A stretch of DNA of 64,000 nt from a phage. Both the position numbers and the translations under genes were made by a program. The notes under the pieces were generated by a model. It saw only the letters and a program-made list of their open reading frames with translations. It made no database searches and was not told the DNA's origin. The stretch is from the sequence record PZ242158.1. The stretch is one strand, 5' to 3'. Positions 1 to 11,400 of the stretch are shown here, in pieces; the first letter of the stretch is position 1, and every line of letters begins with the position of its first letter.

Positions 1-20
1 TACCTCCTTACAAGTTCCAA

Positions 21-473
21 GTGGTTGTGTTTGGTGGTGCAACGGAGGACATTTGCCAAGCGCTTTACCAAACTATCGCCTGTACGAACAGGACTTATGG
101 TAATATTTTCTACGATGTCACTACATCTGACGGTCAAACTGAAAGAATTTATTACTCCAAGGCAAATACCTACCGCTTGGATGTAAGAATTACCTACTCC
201 GGTGCTGCGCTTTCCACAACCGAAAAAGATGCCATTGTAGAGGCTCTTTTGCAGGTTGTTAACGGACTGGATGTTGCAGATACGTTATACAATATCCAAT
301 TGGTCGGTGCTGCATCCGCTGCTGTGTCAATAGGCAGATTTAATAGACTGGTAATTCAAGTTAAATCCGTAGGAGCTTCTGATGAAGCTTACACTACAAA
401 CGATATTGTTGCGAACATGACCGAGGTGTTTGACCTCGACGAAAGTAATATAACTTTCCAACAAACTATTTAA
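21..473 (+). CDS. hypothetical virion-module protein, probably 5'-truncated by window edge
   Basis: Frame is open from nt 3 to the GTG at 21 with no stop, so the gene likely starts upstream of the window; sits in the + strand structural operon; no motif recognised. Confidence 0.4.
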   Translation: MVVFGGATEDICQALYQTIACTNRTYGNIFYDVTTSDGQTERIYYSKANTYRLDVRITYSGAALSTTEKDAIVEALLQVVNGLDVADTLYNIQLVGAASAAVSIGRFNRLVIQVKSVGASDEAYTTNDIVANMTEVFDLDESNITFQQTI

Positions 474-484
474 GGCGGCGAGAT

Positions 485-1171
485 ATGGCAGAGATTAAGT
501 CGGATGTTAACCACATCCACACTCTGCCAGATTTTGTTCAGGGAGGTCTTGACTACCTACCTGGAGATTTTCTGGCTGAGAAGGTTAATTTAGTCACATT
601 CTTAACCGTATACCTTAAAAGGTTGGAGGATGTTGATAAGATGCTGGTAGGTTTGGCTGAAGGAAGATTGCTTAACAATGCCAGCGGAAGATACCTTGAC
701 GAAGTTGGTAATCAGCTTGGTATTCTTAGGAATGGACTTTCAGATGCTGATTTTCGTGCCACACTAATTATTCAGCAGGCTGCAGCATCAAGGGGCGGGA
801 CTCGCGAAGATGTCATCTCCACCTTGCGACAATTGTTCGGAAGAGACAATTTCGATACGTGGAAAGGAGACAACTTCAGGTTTGACATAAATATTAGAAA
901 AACTTGCTTTGACATATTGCAGTCTATCGATCAGATCTTAGATATGCTACCATTACCTTGTCATTTGCGTCTTACAGAATCGCAAGGGCAAGCTTTTGGT
1001 TTTGAAGGGGACTCTACAGCTCTTGGCTTCGGATCAGTGTGGGAAGAAAGCCAATTCGGAGTTGGTGGGCTGGCTACTTTGCTATATGTTCCTGACGTAA
1101 GACCTGATTGGGACACCACAACCATTTATTGTGAAAGTATTACAGTAAACGCAACTAGACAGGAGGGTTAA
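485..1171 (+). CDS. hypothetical virion-module protein
   Basis: 228-aa ORF, ATG 8 nt after GGCGGCGAG, stop overlaps next start (TAATG); no motif recognised. Confidence 0.45.
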   Translation: MAEIKSDVNHIHTLPDFVQGGLDYLPGDFLAEKVNLVTFLTVYLKRLEDVDKMLVGLAEGRLLNNASGRYLDEVGNQLGILRNGLSDADFRATLIIQQAAASRGGTREDVISTLRQLFGRDNFDTWKGDNFRFDINIRKTCFDILQSIDQILDMLPLPCHLRLTESQGQAFGFEGDSTALGFGSVWEESQFGVGGLATLLYVPDVRPDWDTTTIYCESITVNATRQEG

Positions 1172-3243
1172 TGGCAACAGCTGTTTTTAAACCTTACCGT
1201 GATTACTCTACAATGGCTGCACAGTTTCATTACCGAACAGTTCAGGATACTGCCGTTCCTGGTAGGGATTATAATCATGTTGAGGGCGATATAACTATCC
1301 CAGTTGGGGCAACAAGTATTGAGATCCCCGTGGAAATTGTTGACAAATTACCCAACAGGTTGCCAAGAAGCTTCTTTATGGAGTTTTCATCAAAATCCCA
1401 AGGGGTAATGATTGGAACACAAAGGGCGAAATGTACAATAGTTTCAGATGAGAATCTTGACAGGATATCTTGGGATACTGTTGAGGAGAGAATGTTTCAC
1501 CCAAGGTATTGGGTTACAACTACTCAGCAGACTGAAAGTACCTGTATTGTTGCAGATAACAACTGTTGTATTAACCGTTTAGTGTCAAGAACATATGGAG
1601 GTATGGCTGGGTGTATTTGGGAAACAGTTGACAAGTATGACCATTTCGGCATTGGGTTTGATGATCACTATGAGATGAGAAACACCAAGCTCTGGTTCAG
1701 AATGTCAATAACCAACGCCAGCAACTTCTCCACTCCTGAAAAGATGATTATGACTGTAGACCTTGTTGATGGCACAATCATCTATGTTCCTTTAGCTCAA
1801 TATGCTGTCAGCATCTCAGAGGATAAGAATGTTGCAGAAATTCATATTGATTTTGAGGACTGCGTCGGGATGGACCAGAACAACAACATGATGGGTGTTG
1901 ATCCTCGGCAGGTGAGAAGGATTTTAATACCACTCATGCCTAAAGACTGGGTAAGTAATAGCACAGACCCGAGAACGGAAAATGTAGAGTGTGAGTTGCG
2001 CCTAGATCTGCTTCAGCCAGACACAGGCTGGAAAATGATGCAACTTAACAATATTCAGGTTAAAGAGCACGACGTTGGGATCTGCACCGCATATGACGAT
2101 ATGTGGAACGTATCTCCTTTAAGGGTGTTGAACAATATCAAGCGTCTGGGCTATACCGGAACCATAAACCATTATGTTGGTATGAGTCATTATTATGACT
2201 ACACATGGTCAGGAACCCAATGGTCTATAAACAGAACAGGGGCGCTAAACGCTGCAGCTTATAAATGGCATGATGATTTTATGTACAATGCCAAACGACA
2301 TAACTTCGACGTTATGCAATCTGTAAGTTTTGAGCTTTTCAGCGATGCCTGCCCGTTGGAATGGACCCAAAGAGACTGGAACGATAACTACGCTAAAACA
2401 GGGTATACACCCTGTAGCTACCTCCTGTCTCCAACCATTGAAGAGGGTATGAATTTCCTTACTGCAGTATTTAAGAATTTTGCATCAGCCGCTATGAGAA
2501 ACAACCTGCCAGTGATTATGCAGGTTGGTGAACCGTGGTGGTGGTACAATACCGATACTCGTAGACCTTGTATTTATGATTACCCTACAAAACAGGCGTT
2601 TTATGATGAGACAGGCGAGTATGCATTAGATATTGGGACTATTGACGATCCTAAAACTGGCGGTGTTTACGATAAGTATGTAGCATTTTGTCGTGGTAAG
2701 CTTGGCGCTCGTATTGCGGCTATTTCAAAGGCAATAAAGGCACACGCTGCATCAGCTCAGATGACAGCTCTGCTGTTTTTCCCAACCATTATGGAAACCG
2801 AGCTTACGCAAAAGCTTAACCTTGCTGACCAATATAAAAAGGAAGCAGGTGCTCTTGATTTCTTCTGCACCGAGTGCTACGATTGGGTGATGCAGGGAGG
2901 TATTGAAAAGGCAAAAGAGTCTGTAAACATACCTATCGTTAAGTTAGGTTGGCAACCGTCTGAAATACAATACCTTGCAGGGTTCGTTCCTAGTAAAGAG
3001 CTTGCTCCGGTATATGGTTACGACCCAACCAGGAATTACCAAGAATTTTTATGGAGATGTATTTGCGGAAACATGGCAACTATAGAGTATAGATATCCTG
3101 AGGTAAAACAGTATGTGTGGGCATACCCGCAAGTAATGTCTGACAGCATCACTGTTACCGCTAGAGATTCTACCGTGCTTCATATGGGGCAGGTTGCTCT
3201 GAAAGGGTATGTAGAAGATGTTGTCCCGCCAGACTTCTCATAA
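1171..3243 (+). CDS. large virion structural protein (baseplate or tail associated, function unknown)
   Basis: 690-aa ORF translationally coupled to upstream gene, immediately 5' of the tail-fibre genes; no catalytic motif recognised. Confidence 0.45.
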   Translation: MATAVFKPYRDYSTMAAQFHYRTVQDTAVPGRDYNHVEGDITIPVGATSIEIPVEIVDKLPNRLPRSFFMEFSSKSQGVMIGTQRAKCTIVSDENLDRISWDTVEERMFHPRYWVTTTQQTESTCIVADNNCCINRLVSRTYGGMAGCIWETVDKYDHFGIGFDDHYEMRNTKLWFRMSITNASNFSTPEKMIMTVDLVDGTIIYVPLAQYAVSISEDKNVAEIHIDFEDCVGMDQNNNMMGVDPRQVRRILIPLMPKDWVSNSTDPRTENVECELRLDLLQPDTGWKMMQLNNIQVKEHDVGICTAYDDMWNVSPLRVLNNIKRLGYTGTINHYVGMSHYYDYTWSGTQWSINRTGALNAAAYKWHDDFMYNAKRHNFDVMQSVSFELFSDACPLEWTQRDWNDNYAKTGYTPCSYLLSPTIEEGMNFLTAVFKNFASAAMRNNLPVIMQVGEPWWWYNTDTRRPCIYDYPTKQAFYDETGEYALDIGTIDDPKTGGVYDKYVAFCRGKLGARIAAISKAIKAHAASAQMTALLFFPTIMETELTQKLNLADQYKKEAGALDFFCTECYDWVMQGGIEKAKESVNIPIVKLGWQPSEIQYLAGFVPSKELAPVYGYDPTRNYQEFLWRCICGNMATIEYRYPEVKQYVWAYPQVMSDSITVTARDSTVLHMGQVALKGYVEDVVPPDFS

Positions 3244-3255
3244 TCAGGAGATAAA

Positions 3256-4296
3256 ATGTCAAAACCTAGTTTTCCATTAGAGATTTGGGCAGAGGAGGAT
3301 CAGGTTCTGCCTAACACCCACAGACAGAACAGGCTACGCCCGATTGATGATTTGTGGAGAAAAGGTTGGGATCTTGGTCAAAAGCCCTCATGTGAAGAAC
3401 TTAACTATATTTTCAATATGCTCGGGACTTGGGCAAAATACATCGCTGACGAGCAGATTCCCGCTCAAGAAGGCCGTTATCTGGTACGTGATAATAACTT
3501 GAGTGATCTTTTGAACATTCCTGTTGCCCGTAGAAACCTTGGGATTATTACTAAGGAAGAGGCAGACGCCAGGTATGTAAAAGTTACAGGTGATACAATG
3601 ACAGGCCCATTGGGTTTGCAACGTATCAACTTTAAAGCTGCCGAGTCAGATAAGGCTTGGATAGAGACAACTATTGGCCCAGATAAGACAACTCTCGACT
3701 TTGGGTTAAGTGATAATACCGGGTCGTTTGATGATGGTGGTACATCTACAGTGGATGCGTTCCGTTGGAGATTCCAGCCAACTCAGCCGGATATTAATCC
3801 AGAGTTCACTTTGATGTACCTTAACGCGATCACGGCTAACCGTGCGCTGTTGAAAGTGGTAGGCAATGTTGAAGTTGTCGATAACATGAGGTGCAATAAC
3901 CTTACTATCAGCAATACAGCGACATTCACCAACTGTAATGTGGCTAGTCAGTTGACGGCTGGGTCAGTGTATGTTAATGGTGGTGCAAGTTGTGACAGTA
4001 TGGTTGTAAGAAGCCAGCACTGTGTTGTCGGTAACAGAAATGTGGTTCGCTCTGTGAACGGAGTGACGGCTAACGGTAACGGTGATGTAACGATCACTAT
4101 CCCGCAGACAGGTGTGCAAGACATCAGAATCGGTGCAAGACTTGTGGACGGAGTTTCTGAATCTCCAATCCGCAACGGCTACGTTGTCACAGGCTGGCAT
4201 TTCGGTGACAAAAAAGAGATGCGTGGTTCAACCTACTGGGCAGGACCTTTACAAAAACTTGTAAATGGTCAATGGATCACTGTTAATTATGCATAG
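3256..4296 (+). CDS. tail fibre protein, paralog A
   Basis: AGGAG SD; blocks LGLQRI, PDKTTLDF, FRWRFQP, LNAITANRA and C-terminus QKLVNGQWITVNYA shared with ORF 5308..6354; fibre-like Gly/Asn/Thr/Val-rich repeats. Confidence 0.6.
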   Translation: MSKPSFPLEIWAEEDQVLPNTHRQNRLRPIDDLWRKGWDLGQKPSCEELNYIFNMLGTWAKYIADEQIPAQEGRYLVRDNNLSDLLNIPVARRNLGIITKEEADARYVKVTGDTMTGPLGLQRINFKAAESDKAWIETTIGPDKTTLDFGLSDNTGSFDDGGTSTVDAFRWRFQPTQPDINPEFTLMYLNAITANRALLKVVGNVEVVDNMRCNNLTISNTATFTNCNVASQLTAGSVYVNGGASCDSMVVRSQHCVVGNRNVVRSVNGVTANGNGDVTITIPQTGVQDIRIGARLVDGVSESPIRNGYVVTGWHFGDKKEMRGSTYWAGPLQKLVNGQWITVNYA

Positions 4297-4310
4297 ATCG
4301 GAGGACTAGC

Positions 4311-4895
4311 ATGAAAATACTTCAAGAGTTTAAACTTTACCAACCGGGATCTGGCGAATACCGCACCAACAAGGAAACCAAGGAGCTGACCCCTCAAGAG
4401 GTTGAGGATTACACAGCATACACTGGGTATTTTTTACGTAATGATGATGGCGATTGGTATGTGCAGTCACGAACATTACGACAAGAAAATCCGGGGTGTA
4501 TCTTCCTACTTGTTGACGAGAAGGGAATTCTTAAGACATCTACAGAAGAACCTGATGCCTTATGGCCTGCTCCAGGTCTTCGTGTGGTTATCGCCAAAAA
4601 AGAAGAGGTACCAGAAAACATTATGCTTCACCACGACGCTTTGCGTTTAGTTGGTGATGAATTTGTCACAGACAATGAATTCTTTGTTCAACAGGCAGAG
4701 GGTGTCATAGAGACAGAACTTGCTTGGGCTACTGCTAGAATTGGTGCCTATCAAGACATGATTGACCTTGAATATGATCTTACTGATGACCAGAAACGTA
4801 ACATCAGAGATTTGAAAATGTACAGGGTAAAACTTCTTGAAATAGATACATCTAAAGCCCCTGACATTTTCTTCCCGGAGCGACCTACCCTCTAA
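4311..4895 (+). CDS. tail fibre assembly chaperone (Tfa-like)
   Basis: 194 aa directly after tail fibre A; C-terminus MYRVKLLEIDTSKAPDIFFPERP resembles the conserved C-terminal region of lambda/P2-type Tfa proteins (from memory). Confidence 0.5.
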   Translation: MKILQEFKLYQPGSGEYRTNKETKELTPQEVEDYTAYTGYFLRNDDGDWYVQSRTLRQENPGCIFLLVDEKGILKTSTEEPDALWPAPGLRVVIAKKEEVPENIMLHHDALRLVGDEFVTDNEFFVQQAEGVIETELAWATARIGAYQDMIDLEYDLTDDQKRNIRDLKMYRVKLLEIDTSKAPDIFFPERPTL

Positions 4896-4906
4896 GAGGA
4901 GGTGTT

Positions 4907-5221
4907 GTGGAGTTGGATTTGGCGGCATTGTACGGTATCTGCATGGGTACCGTTGTCCCGATCTGTGTATGGGCTTTCAACCAGTGGCACACCAAATGGA
5001 AAGGCATTTCCAAGAGGTTGGATGAACTGGAGAAAGACCTCATCTTAGTGAAAAACAGTATGGTTACAAAAGATAAACTTGATTCCGTTATCGAGACCCG
5101 GTTAAGTAAGCTAGAGGCCGATATTAACGACCTTAAGCAGGATGTCAGGACAGATGTCTCCGGTATCCGAGCTGATGTACAAAAGATTTTGCACATGCTC
5201 GTAGAGCATAGTAAAAGGTAA
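4907..5221 (+). CDS. membrane-anchored coiled-coil protein
   Basis: N-terminal hydrophobic segment LAALYGICMGTVVPICVWAF followed by a heptad-like charged region; lies between the two fibre paralogs. Confidence 0.35.
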   Translation: MELDLAALYGICMGTVVPICVWAFNQWHTKWKGISKRLDELEKDLILVKNSMVTKDKLDSVIETRLSKLEADINDLKQDVRTDVSGIRADVQKILHMLVEHSKR

Positions 5222-5307
5222 ACAAAGGTCAGAACGGAAAGGACTCCGTTCTTGCATTTTGTTCCCTAAAGTGTTAAAATAGTCCTAAGGAATTTTCTCA
5301 GGAGAAC

Positions 5308-6354
5308 GTGATGACTAAACCAGTTATCCCTCTTGATATTTGGGCCAATCAGGATGTTGTGCTTGAAAATACGGGAGAGTTGAATAAGTCTCAACCAAAA
5401 AAAGAAGAGAGATTGAAAGGTTGGGATATGACACAAAGAGTGGCATGTGAAGTTGTTAACTTTGAACTTCACATGCTTTCTGCGTGGTTAAAGCATTTAA
5501 CAGAAGATGTTGTCCCGGGATGGGATAATAGATTCTTAAGGGTCACTAATAATCTAGCAGACGTTCCAGACAAAGCTGCTGCACGTCAAGTTCTCAATGT
5601 ATACTCGCCTGAAGAAATGGACGATCTGTATGTTGACAAGTCTGGAGACATAATGACTCAGACTCAAACTTTAGGTCTTCAAAGAATCGAGTTTGCATCT
5701 GCGTCAACAGACAATGCGGCAATATATACCACCATAACTCCAGACAAGACGACGATGGATTTCTGGATTATGGACAACATCGGTGGTGCTGACGGCACAG
5801 ACCTTGATGATCCTTCTCACCAAATAGACGGGTTCCGTTGGAGATTTCAACCTTCTGGTGGGCAGCCTGTGTTTTCGGCTATGAAGCTCAATGCTATAAC
5901 TGCCAACCGTGCAAGACTGGCTATCCAAGGGAATCTTGAATGCAACGATGCAAAAAGTTCCTCTGCAAATGCCAATGCGGTCACGATACCAAGAGCCACT
6001 GTTAATGGACAACAATCCTGCGGAAGCGCTCAAATAGGTGGAAGAGTTGATTGTAACGATGAAACCGTCAGGGGCCAATATGCAACAGTTGGTGGAAGAA
6101 ACGTGGTCCGCAGGGTAAATGGTAACGGCGCAGACAGTAGTGGTAACCTTACTATTCCTATGCCTAGCAGAGGGGTTGATGATGTAAGGATAGCAAACCG
6201 TTTTAAAACCACCTACAGAGAGTCAAGAGTCTACCCTGGACATGTGATGTGCTCTGGTAACTACGCTTATAAACACCCTTATCAAGGTGATTACTGGACA
6301 GGTGCTATCCAAAAACTTGTAAATGGTCAATGGATCACTATATCTTATGCTTAA
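5308..6354 (+). CDS. tail fibre protein, paralog B
   Basis: 348 aa; same conserved blocks as 3256..4296 and near-identical C-terminus QKLVNGQWITISYA. Confidence 0.6.
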   Translation: MMTKPVIPLDIWANQDVVLENTGELNKSQPKKEERLKGWDMTQRVACEVVNFELHMLSAWLKHLTEDVVPGWDNRFLRVTNNLADVPDKAAARQVLNVYSPEEMDDLYVDKSGDIMTQTQTLGLQRIEFASASTDNAAIYTTITPDKTTMDFWIMDNIGGADGTDLDDPSHQIDGFRWRFQPSGGQPVFSAMKLNAITANRARLAIQGNLECNDAKSSSANANAVTIPRATVNGQQSCGSAQIGGRVDCNDETVRGQYATVGGRNVVRRVNGNGADSSGNLTIPMPSRGVDDVRIANRFKTTYRESRVYPGHVMCSGNYAYKHPYQGDYWTGAIQKLVNGQWITISYA

Positions 6355-6365
6355 AAAGAGGGTAA

Positions 6366-6632
6366 ATGAAACTAACTCAGTTTTTATGGGGACTGGTTGC
6401 GGCATCTGATGACCCTACGAAAGTGTCCCAATCTAAGCTATGGTCGAACATAGGCATGGCGGTGATGACTGGGGTGTTTATTCATATGGGGTATAATGAT
6501 ACGCTTCCTGAATGGTATGCGTGGATATACGCGCCTTCAGTAGCTTGCCCCCAGCTTATTAGCAAATTCATCTCGCTCCGGTGGGGTTGCCAGCACCCTG
6601 ACCACGTTAAAAACGAAGAGCAAAAAGCTTAA
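6366..6632 (+). CDS. small membrane protein
   Basis: 88 aa with hydrophobic segment WSNIGMAVMTGVFIHMGY; SD GAGGG upstream. Confidence 0.35.
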   Translation: MKLTQFLWGLVAASDDPTKVSQSKLWSNIGMAVMTGVFIHMGYNDTLPEWYAWIYAPSVACPQLISKFISLRWGCQHPDHVKNEEQKA

Positions 6633-6641
6633 GGAGAAATC

Positions 6642-8387
6642 ATGGCGCAAGACATGACAAGCTTTGAGCAGGCGGTAGATCAAGTAATTGTTGATTCTGA
6701 ACGTTTGCACCTGATTGTCAACGGTAACGCTGTGGATGAAGTTGTCGTAGAGGATGGGACCACCATCCCTACGGTACGAAAAGCCATGCTTGACACCCTT
6801 TATTTTAAAACGCCACCGATCCCTTGGGCGTATGGTGCATCCACAACAGTTTTTAACCAGCTGTACGAGTTTAAAGGGGACACAGGCCCTCAGTGGTGGT
6901 ACGCTCCCGCAGCATCAAAATCTAACCCGGTTAGAATGCCAGCAGATCCTTCACAATCTCCAAACTGGAGATTATATACCGATTCTGCAGTAATGGCAAA
7001 ATACTACGCAAAACTTAACAGTCCGAGGTTCGAAGGTGACCCGCGAGTACCTACGCCTCCAATGGACGACAAATCCGAGTCTATAGCAAACACAGAGTTT
7101 GTTGTTGACTATGTGGATAGCATATTTGAAGCCATGGAGGGAATGAAAGTTACTGTAGGGTCTTTGGTGGTAAAAGGTCTTACAGAACTTGCTAACACTA
7201 TAGTTGGTGGCACACTCACCTTACATGGGCCTGTTAATGGAGCAGATTCTACTGCACGCTTCAGGAACCTAATCCTCACGGCAAATACTTCTACACTTAC
7301 TTTTGCGTGGAGTGATCCTAAGCATGCAGACTGGAGAAGCACAGAGCTGCAACCTCATGAAGTGTCCACCCACAGGGTTATAGCTGACACTATAACTTCT
7401 GGGAAACCAGTGGCTAATAATAACGATGTGCATTTTGATGGTCTAGGTAATAACTTTTTTGACTACGTGTACATTCGTGGTAATGCCATGAAGGCAGCAA
7501 CCGAACCGACATTGCAGGTAGATGGAACCACCAGGGTTAAGAACCTTGAGGTGACAGGCACTGTTACAGGGATAACCTACTCTGTCGATGGCACCATGAT
7601 TTACCCTAGCTATATTGAAAGCACGGGGGACGCATTAATAAATGGTGATTTAGAAGTTGGCGGATCTGTAGTTATTCGAGGTACAGCCTCTATCCAAAAC
7701 ATAGCTCTGAATACCCTAAGAGTCAATGAGCGTGCAACTTTTGAAGGGGAAGGGCTTACAGCCAACAAAGGTGTAATTACCGAGCTGACAACCACTACTT
7801 TAACTGCAACAACTGCAAACTCTGAAAACTGCAACGTTACCAGAAACTTGCAGGTAAATGGAGATGTTAGTTTAAACGCAGCAGGGACGGGCACCACCTA
7901 CCTTCACAACCTTGAAATATCCGGCACAGTGACTGGGTGGCTGCCAGACTTCTCTAATGTCAACTTTGTTTGTAATGGCATTAACTCCAGTGGCAAGATA
8001 ACCACCTCTCAAGAAATTGAGGCGGGTAAAACCATCACTGCCCCTACTTTCCACGCAGGAAAGGTAGATTTTGATTTAGAGGAGGTTGACGCGTCCAGTG
8101 GGACATGGACACCTAACGGGCAGGCCAGTATGTATGTTGTCCACGCGAAAGGGGATTTTACAATAGGACAGTGGCCTGGGACATCAGCGGAAGATAAACC
8201 TTATCCATTCACTGCAGTTATCTATGTCATTCAGGATGCTGTAGGTCACAACGTGACTTTGCACGATAAGTATGCTATCCTGTCGGCAACACCTGTTATT
8301 AACAACAAGGCTAACAGTGTTACCTTGCTGCAATTAACGTATTGTGGTGTTGGTGATATTGTAGACGTAGTAATTGCACAACGTTAA
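6642..8387 (+). CDS. tail fibre or tailspike-like protein
   Basis: 581 aa, Thr/Gly/Val/Asn-rich repetitive beta-type composition; SD AAGGAG; in fibre cluster. Confidence 0.5.
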   Translation: MAQDMTSFEQAVDQVIVDSERLHLIVNGNAVDEVVVEDGTTIPTVRKAMLDTLYFKTPPIPWAYGASTTVFNQLYEFKGDTGPQWWYAPAASKSNPVRMPADPSQSPNWRLYTDSAVMAKYYAKLNSPRFEGDPRVPTPPMDDKSESIANTEFVVDYVDSIFEAMEGMKVTVGSLVVKGLTELANTIVGGTLTLHGPVNGADSTARFRNLILTANTSTLTFAWSDPKHADWRSTELQPHEVSTHRVIADTITSGKPVANNNDVHFDGLGNNFFDYVYIRGNAMKAATEPTLQVDGTTRVKNLEVTGTVTGITYSVDGTMIYPSYIESTGDALINGDLEVGGSVVIRGTASIQNIALNTLRVNERATFEGEGLTANKGVITELTTTTLTATTANSENCNVTRNLQVNGDVSLNAAGTGTTYLHNLEISGTVTGWLPDFSNVNFVCNGINSSGKITTSQEIEAGKTITAPTFHAGKVDFDLEEVDASSGTWTPNGQASMYVVHAKGDFTIGQWPGTSAEDKPYPFTAVIYVIQDAVGHNVTLHDKYAILSATPVINNKANSVTLLQLTYCGVGDIVDVVIAQR

Positions 8388-8435
8388 TATATCTAACCGC
8401 TCCTGACGGGGCGGTTTTCTTATCTGGAGAACACA

Positions 8436-11400
8436 ATGCTTCCAATCCCTTTGCTAAAACTTGGTCGTCATTTCCTCGATAAGAGGGGTGGAATTAAGGA
8501 ACTTGCTGTTCTGTCATACCCAATAGACAACAGTGATGGTACAAGCAACACAGTATCCTATGTAAATAGCTTAGCTATACTTTTTGATGATGGTCAGCTT
8601 AATATTACTGGCTATAATAGGTTCGGAGAGTGTCGGACTGGAGATCTTGATACAATAAACTATCCTAATGAGGCAGCTTGGAACGTAGACCATGTTTGGA
8701 GAGCTGACCGTGCATTTGTAATCCGCACATTCGATAATAAATTTTTCTATATTGGTTGCACAGCTGGTCTTATCGGATCGGAGGCAGCAGGTGGAAACGA
8801 TGTTTGTGTCAGAGAGTGGACACCTTTGCCGGAACAGATCGTAACAGGGTTGCATTTGGACACCCATCCTGAGAGACTTGTTGAAGTAATGGGTGGCGTA
8901 AACAATACAGTGTGGGTAATTGCTGCACCAGAGGATGATGGTATGCTTCACCTGTACGGCTCTGGCAATAATACTTACGGCTCTCTTCATGTTGACAAAA
9001 GTCAACACGCTACTCCAGTTAAGATCGGTGAAACATCTGAAAGTCCAGAGACAGGTCCTTGGAAAAATCCAAGAATTAATTGTGAAGTTCATGACAACTC
9101 GGTTATTTTTGGTGGTCCTAACGGATTCTGGATTGCAGGTTACGATTTCTTAAGAAATAACAGCAAAAACACACTAGTTTATCCAGCCGAGCATGTGACT
9201 CTTGACCAGTTTAAAGGCATCCCGGTGGGCGAGACATGGAAAGGATTCATGTGTGGACCTAATGGTGCAATTATAGCCACAGAAAGGATGCACAAACCTG
9301 ATGACCAACAGCTTGTTAATGTGTTTTATGGTCAGGATGTTTGGGGTGACGACACGTGGAGAAGCCTTAACATCACCTATACCCATGAAGTAATTATGGC
9401 TCGCGGGTACGGGACTAGTGGAATTTTCTTCAATAATGGTACAAAACAGTACCGTGGTTTCTCCAGAAACCTGTGTAACGATATTGGTGCTCAATCTGCT
9501 AATAATAGTCCTAGGGCCAATTTTATTCATTACAGAGCGCTGGCAACAGCTAAGTTTGTTGAACAGACAGAGCCAGTAAGCTGGACAGAAAGCGTTTATT
9601 TCCAGGGTATCCACAGAGAAGGTTTCTTAGGGACCTTTACTGTTGTTAATGGCAAACTTTGGTGGTCAGGCATCCCAAGGGGAAGTTTTGCAGGCTCTAA
9701 TAACCTGTTTGGCGGCAGACTTAATAGTCAGGGGTTCACAGAGGTTCCTGAGAATTGGTATAAAAATGTCCCAGTAGACAGTTGGGGCGTTGATGATATT
9801 TTCGACGTTAATGGTGTTAGTAGTGTTAGCAATATCTACATTGGTGACACGGTCAAGATGAAATTGAAGCCTCAGCCAGAGGGGGCTACGTTCATTATTG
9901 ACAAGATTGAGTTGGTAAATGCTGCAGGTACGGTTGTTACAGATGCAAATTACCAATTCTCCACCAACTGGAACCACGGTGGGGCCAACGAAGTTGTTGT
10001 TACCCAGTATAACAGAAATGTTAACAGACGTGGCCTGTACTCTGTAAAAATAACCTATCATGACAAGCATGGCACAGGCAGAACCCATACGACAAGAACT
10101 TTGAACTGGAACACCATAGTTCCTGCGTATCCGTCCAACGGCAAGTGGCATACTGTCGGTAGAAACAAACAGTTCCATGTCAACGATACTGTATACTTCG
10201 GGCTTAACGCAGCTCAACCTGTTGTAGAAGGCGATACATCGTATATGGTACGACTCCATAGAATGGATGCCGGGTCTGTAACCTACGATGTGACTCAAGA
10301 GATCTACGATCAGAGACGTACCACGTATGACAATGTTGTGAAAACACAAGCCTTGTGGGAGTTCAACCCTAACGGCAGAGGCGGTAAAATGTTGCAGGTC
10401 AACGAGCAAAACGGAACATCGTTGACTGTCCATGAACATCCAGATCCTTGGCCTGATCCTGGAAAACCTAACTCTGGGGCTCGTACACTGAAAATTGTCA
10501 GCCATGATGCAGGATATTTCGGAATACGCTGGGAAGCTACAGTAAGATATGTCGACGGGACAACAAACAACATAGGGATTACACTTGGCGGCACTAGTGA
10601 AGATAACTCGCTGAAAATTGCCTACACGCCCAGAGGTATCTCTATTGATAATATGGATGTTGTTCGCAATGGTTACGGCGATGTGAATGTCAAAGTTACT
10701 CTTGGCGAACATCTTGGTGGGGAAAGGATCATCATGTATGCCTTTGATCATGATCCGCGCACCAATGGGACTTATGCAAATCAGGCATGGAGTTACCTGA
10801 TAAATGCACCTGAGCCGAATACTAAAGAGTTCTACTATGGTATGAAGCGAGATGTGTGCAAGAAAACAGGAACACATGACTGGATTGCTATCTGCGTTAA
10901 AGATGAGCGCACAGCTTGGGATGAGCCTGTTAACAGATGGTTCATAGGTATTCCTACCAGAAGTGATAAGTATGTCGCAGAATATATTGTATGCATGGGC
11001 GGTACCAACCTGAACATGTGTTGGAACGAAGATGTAAACAAATACTCTGATTATGACTATATGAGGGATTACTCTTGCAATCTGTGGTTTAACCAAACTA
11101 CAGGTTACCCTCCGCGTCAGGCAAGGGTAAATCCTGCAATCTTTACAGATACTCAGGTTTTCTTGACAAAACAGGCAAACGAGGTTCAGACCTTCAAGAA
11201 TAACTATGACCCTAACAAGTGGTTCTATAATTGTTACGGGGCATACTTTTGGGGGCCTGCTGAACTGCCTGACAGCGGTTCTTGCTTCGAGGCTGCAACC
11301 TACGGCAGCGACTATATCATGGGACAGGTCAAGAAGTACAAGATGATCCCAGGGCCTGAAACTTTAGGTAACGCTGTTGACCCATACATAAATTTCGCAG

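Noticed and set aside
4907-6632. Holin/spanin assignment for the small membrane proteins 4907..5221 and 6366..6632
   Set aside because: A transmembrane segment plus coiled-coil is suggestive, but there is no adjacent endolysin and no second spanin component; left as membrane proteins of unknown function.
9666-11096. 476-aa antisense ORF, and many other - strand ORFs in the track, inside the 1878-aa fibre gene (for example 8571..9092, 9174..9614, 13370..13774)
   Set aside because: They lie wholly within a long, well-supported + strand CDS, have no SD and give low-complexity Cys/Ile-rich products; treated as shadow ORFs. The same applies to antisense ORFs inside the polymerase, primase-helicase, helicase and GHKL genes.
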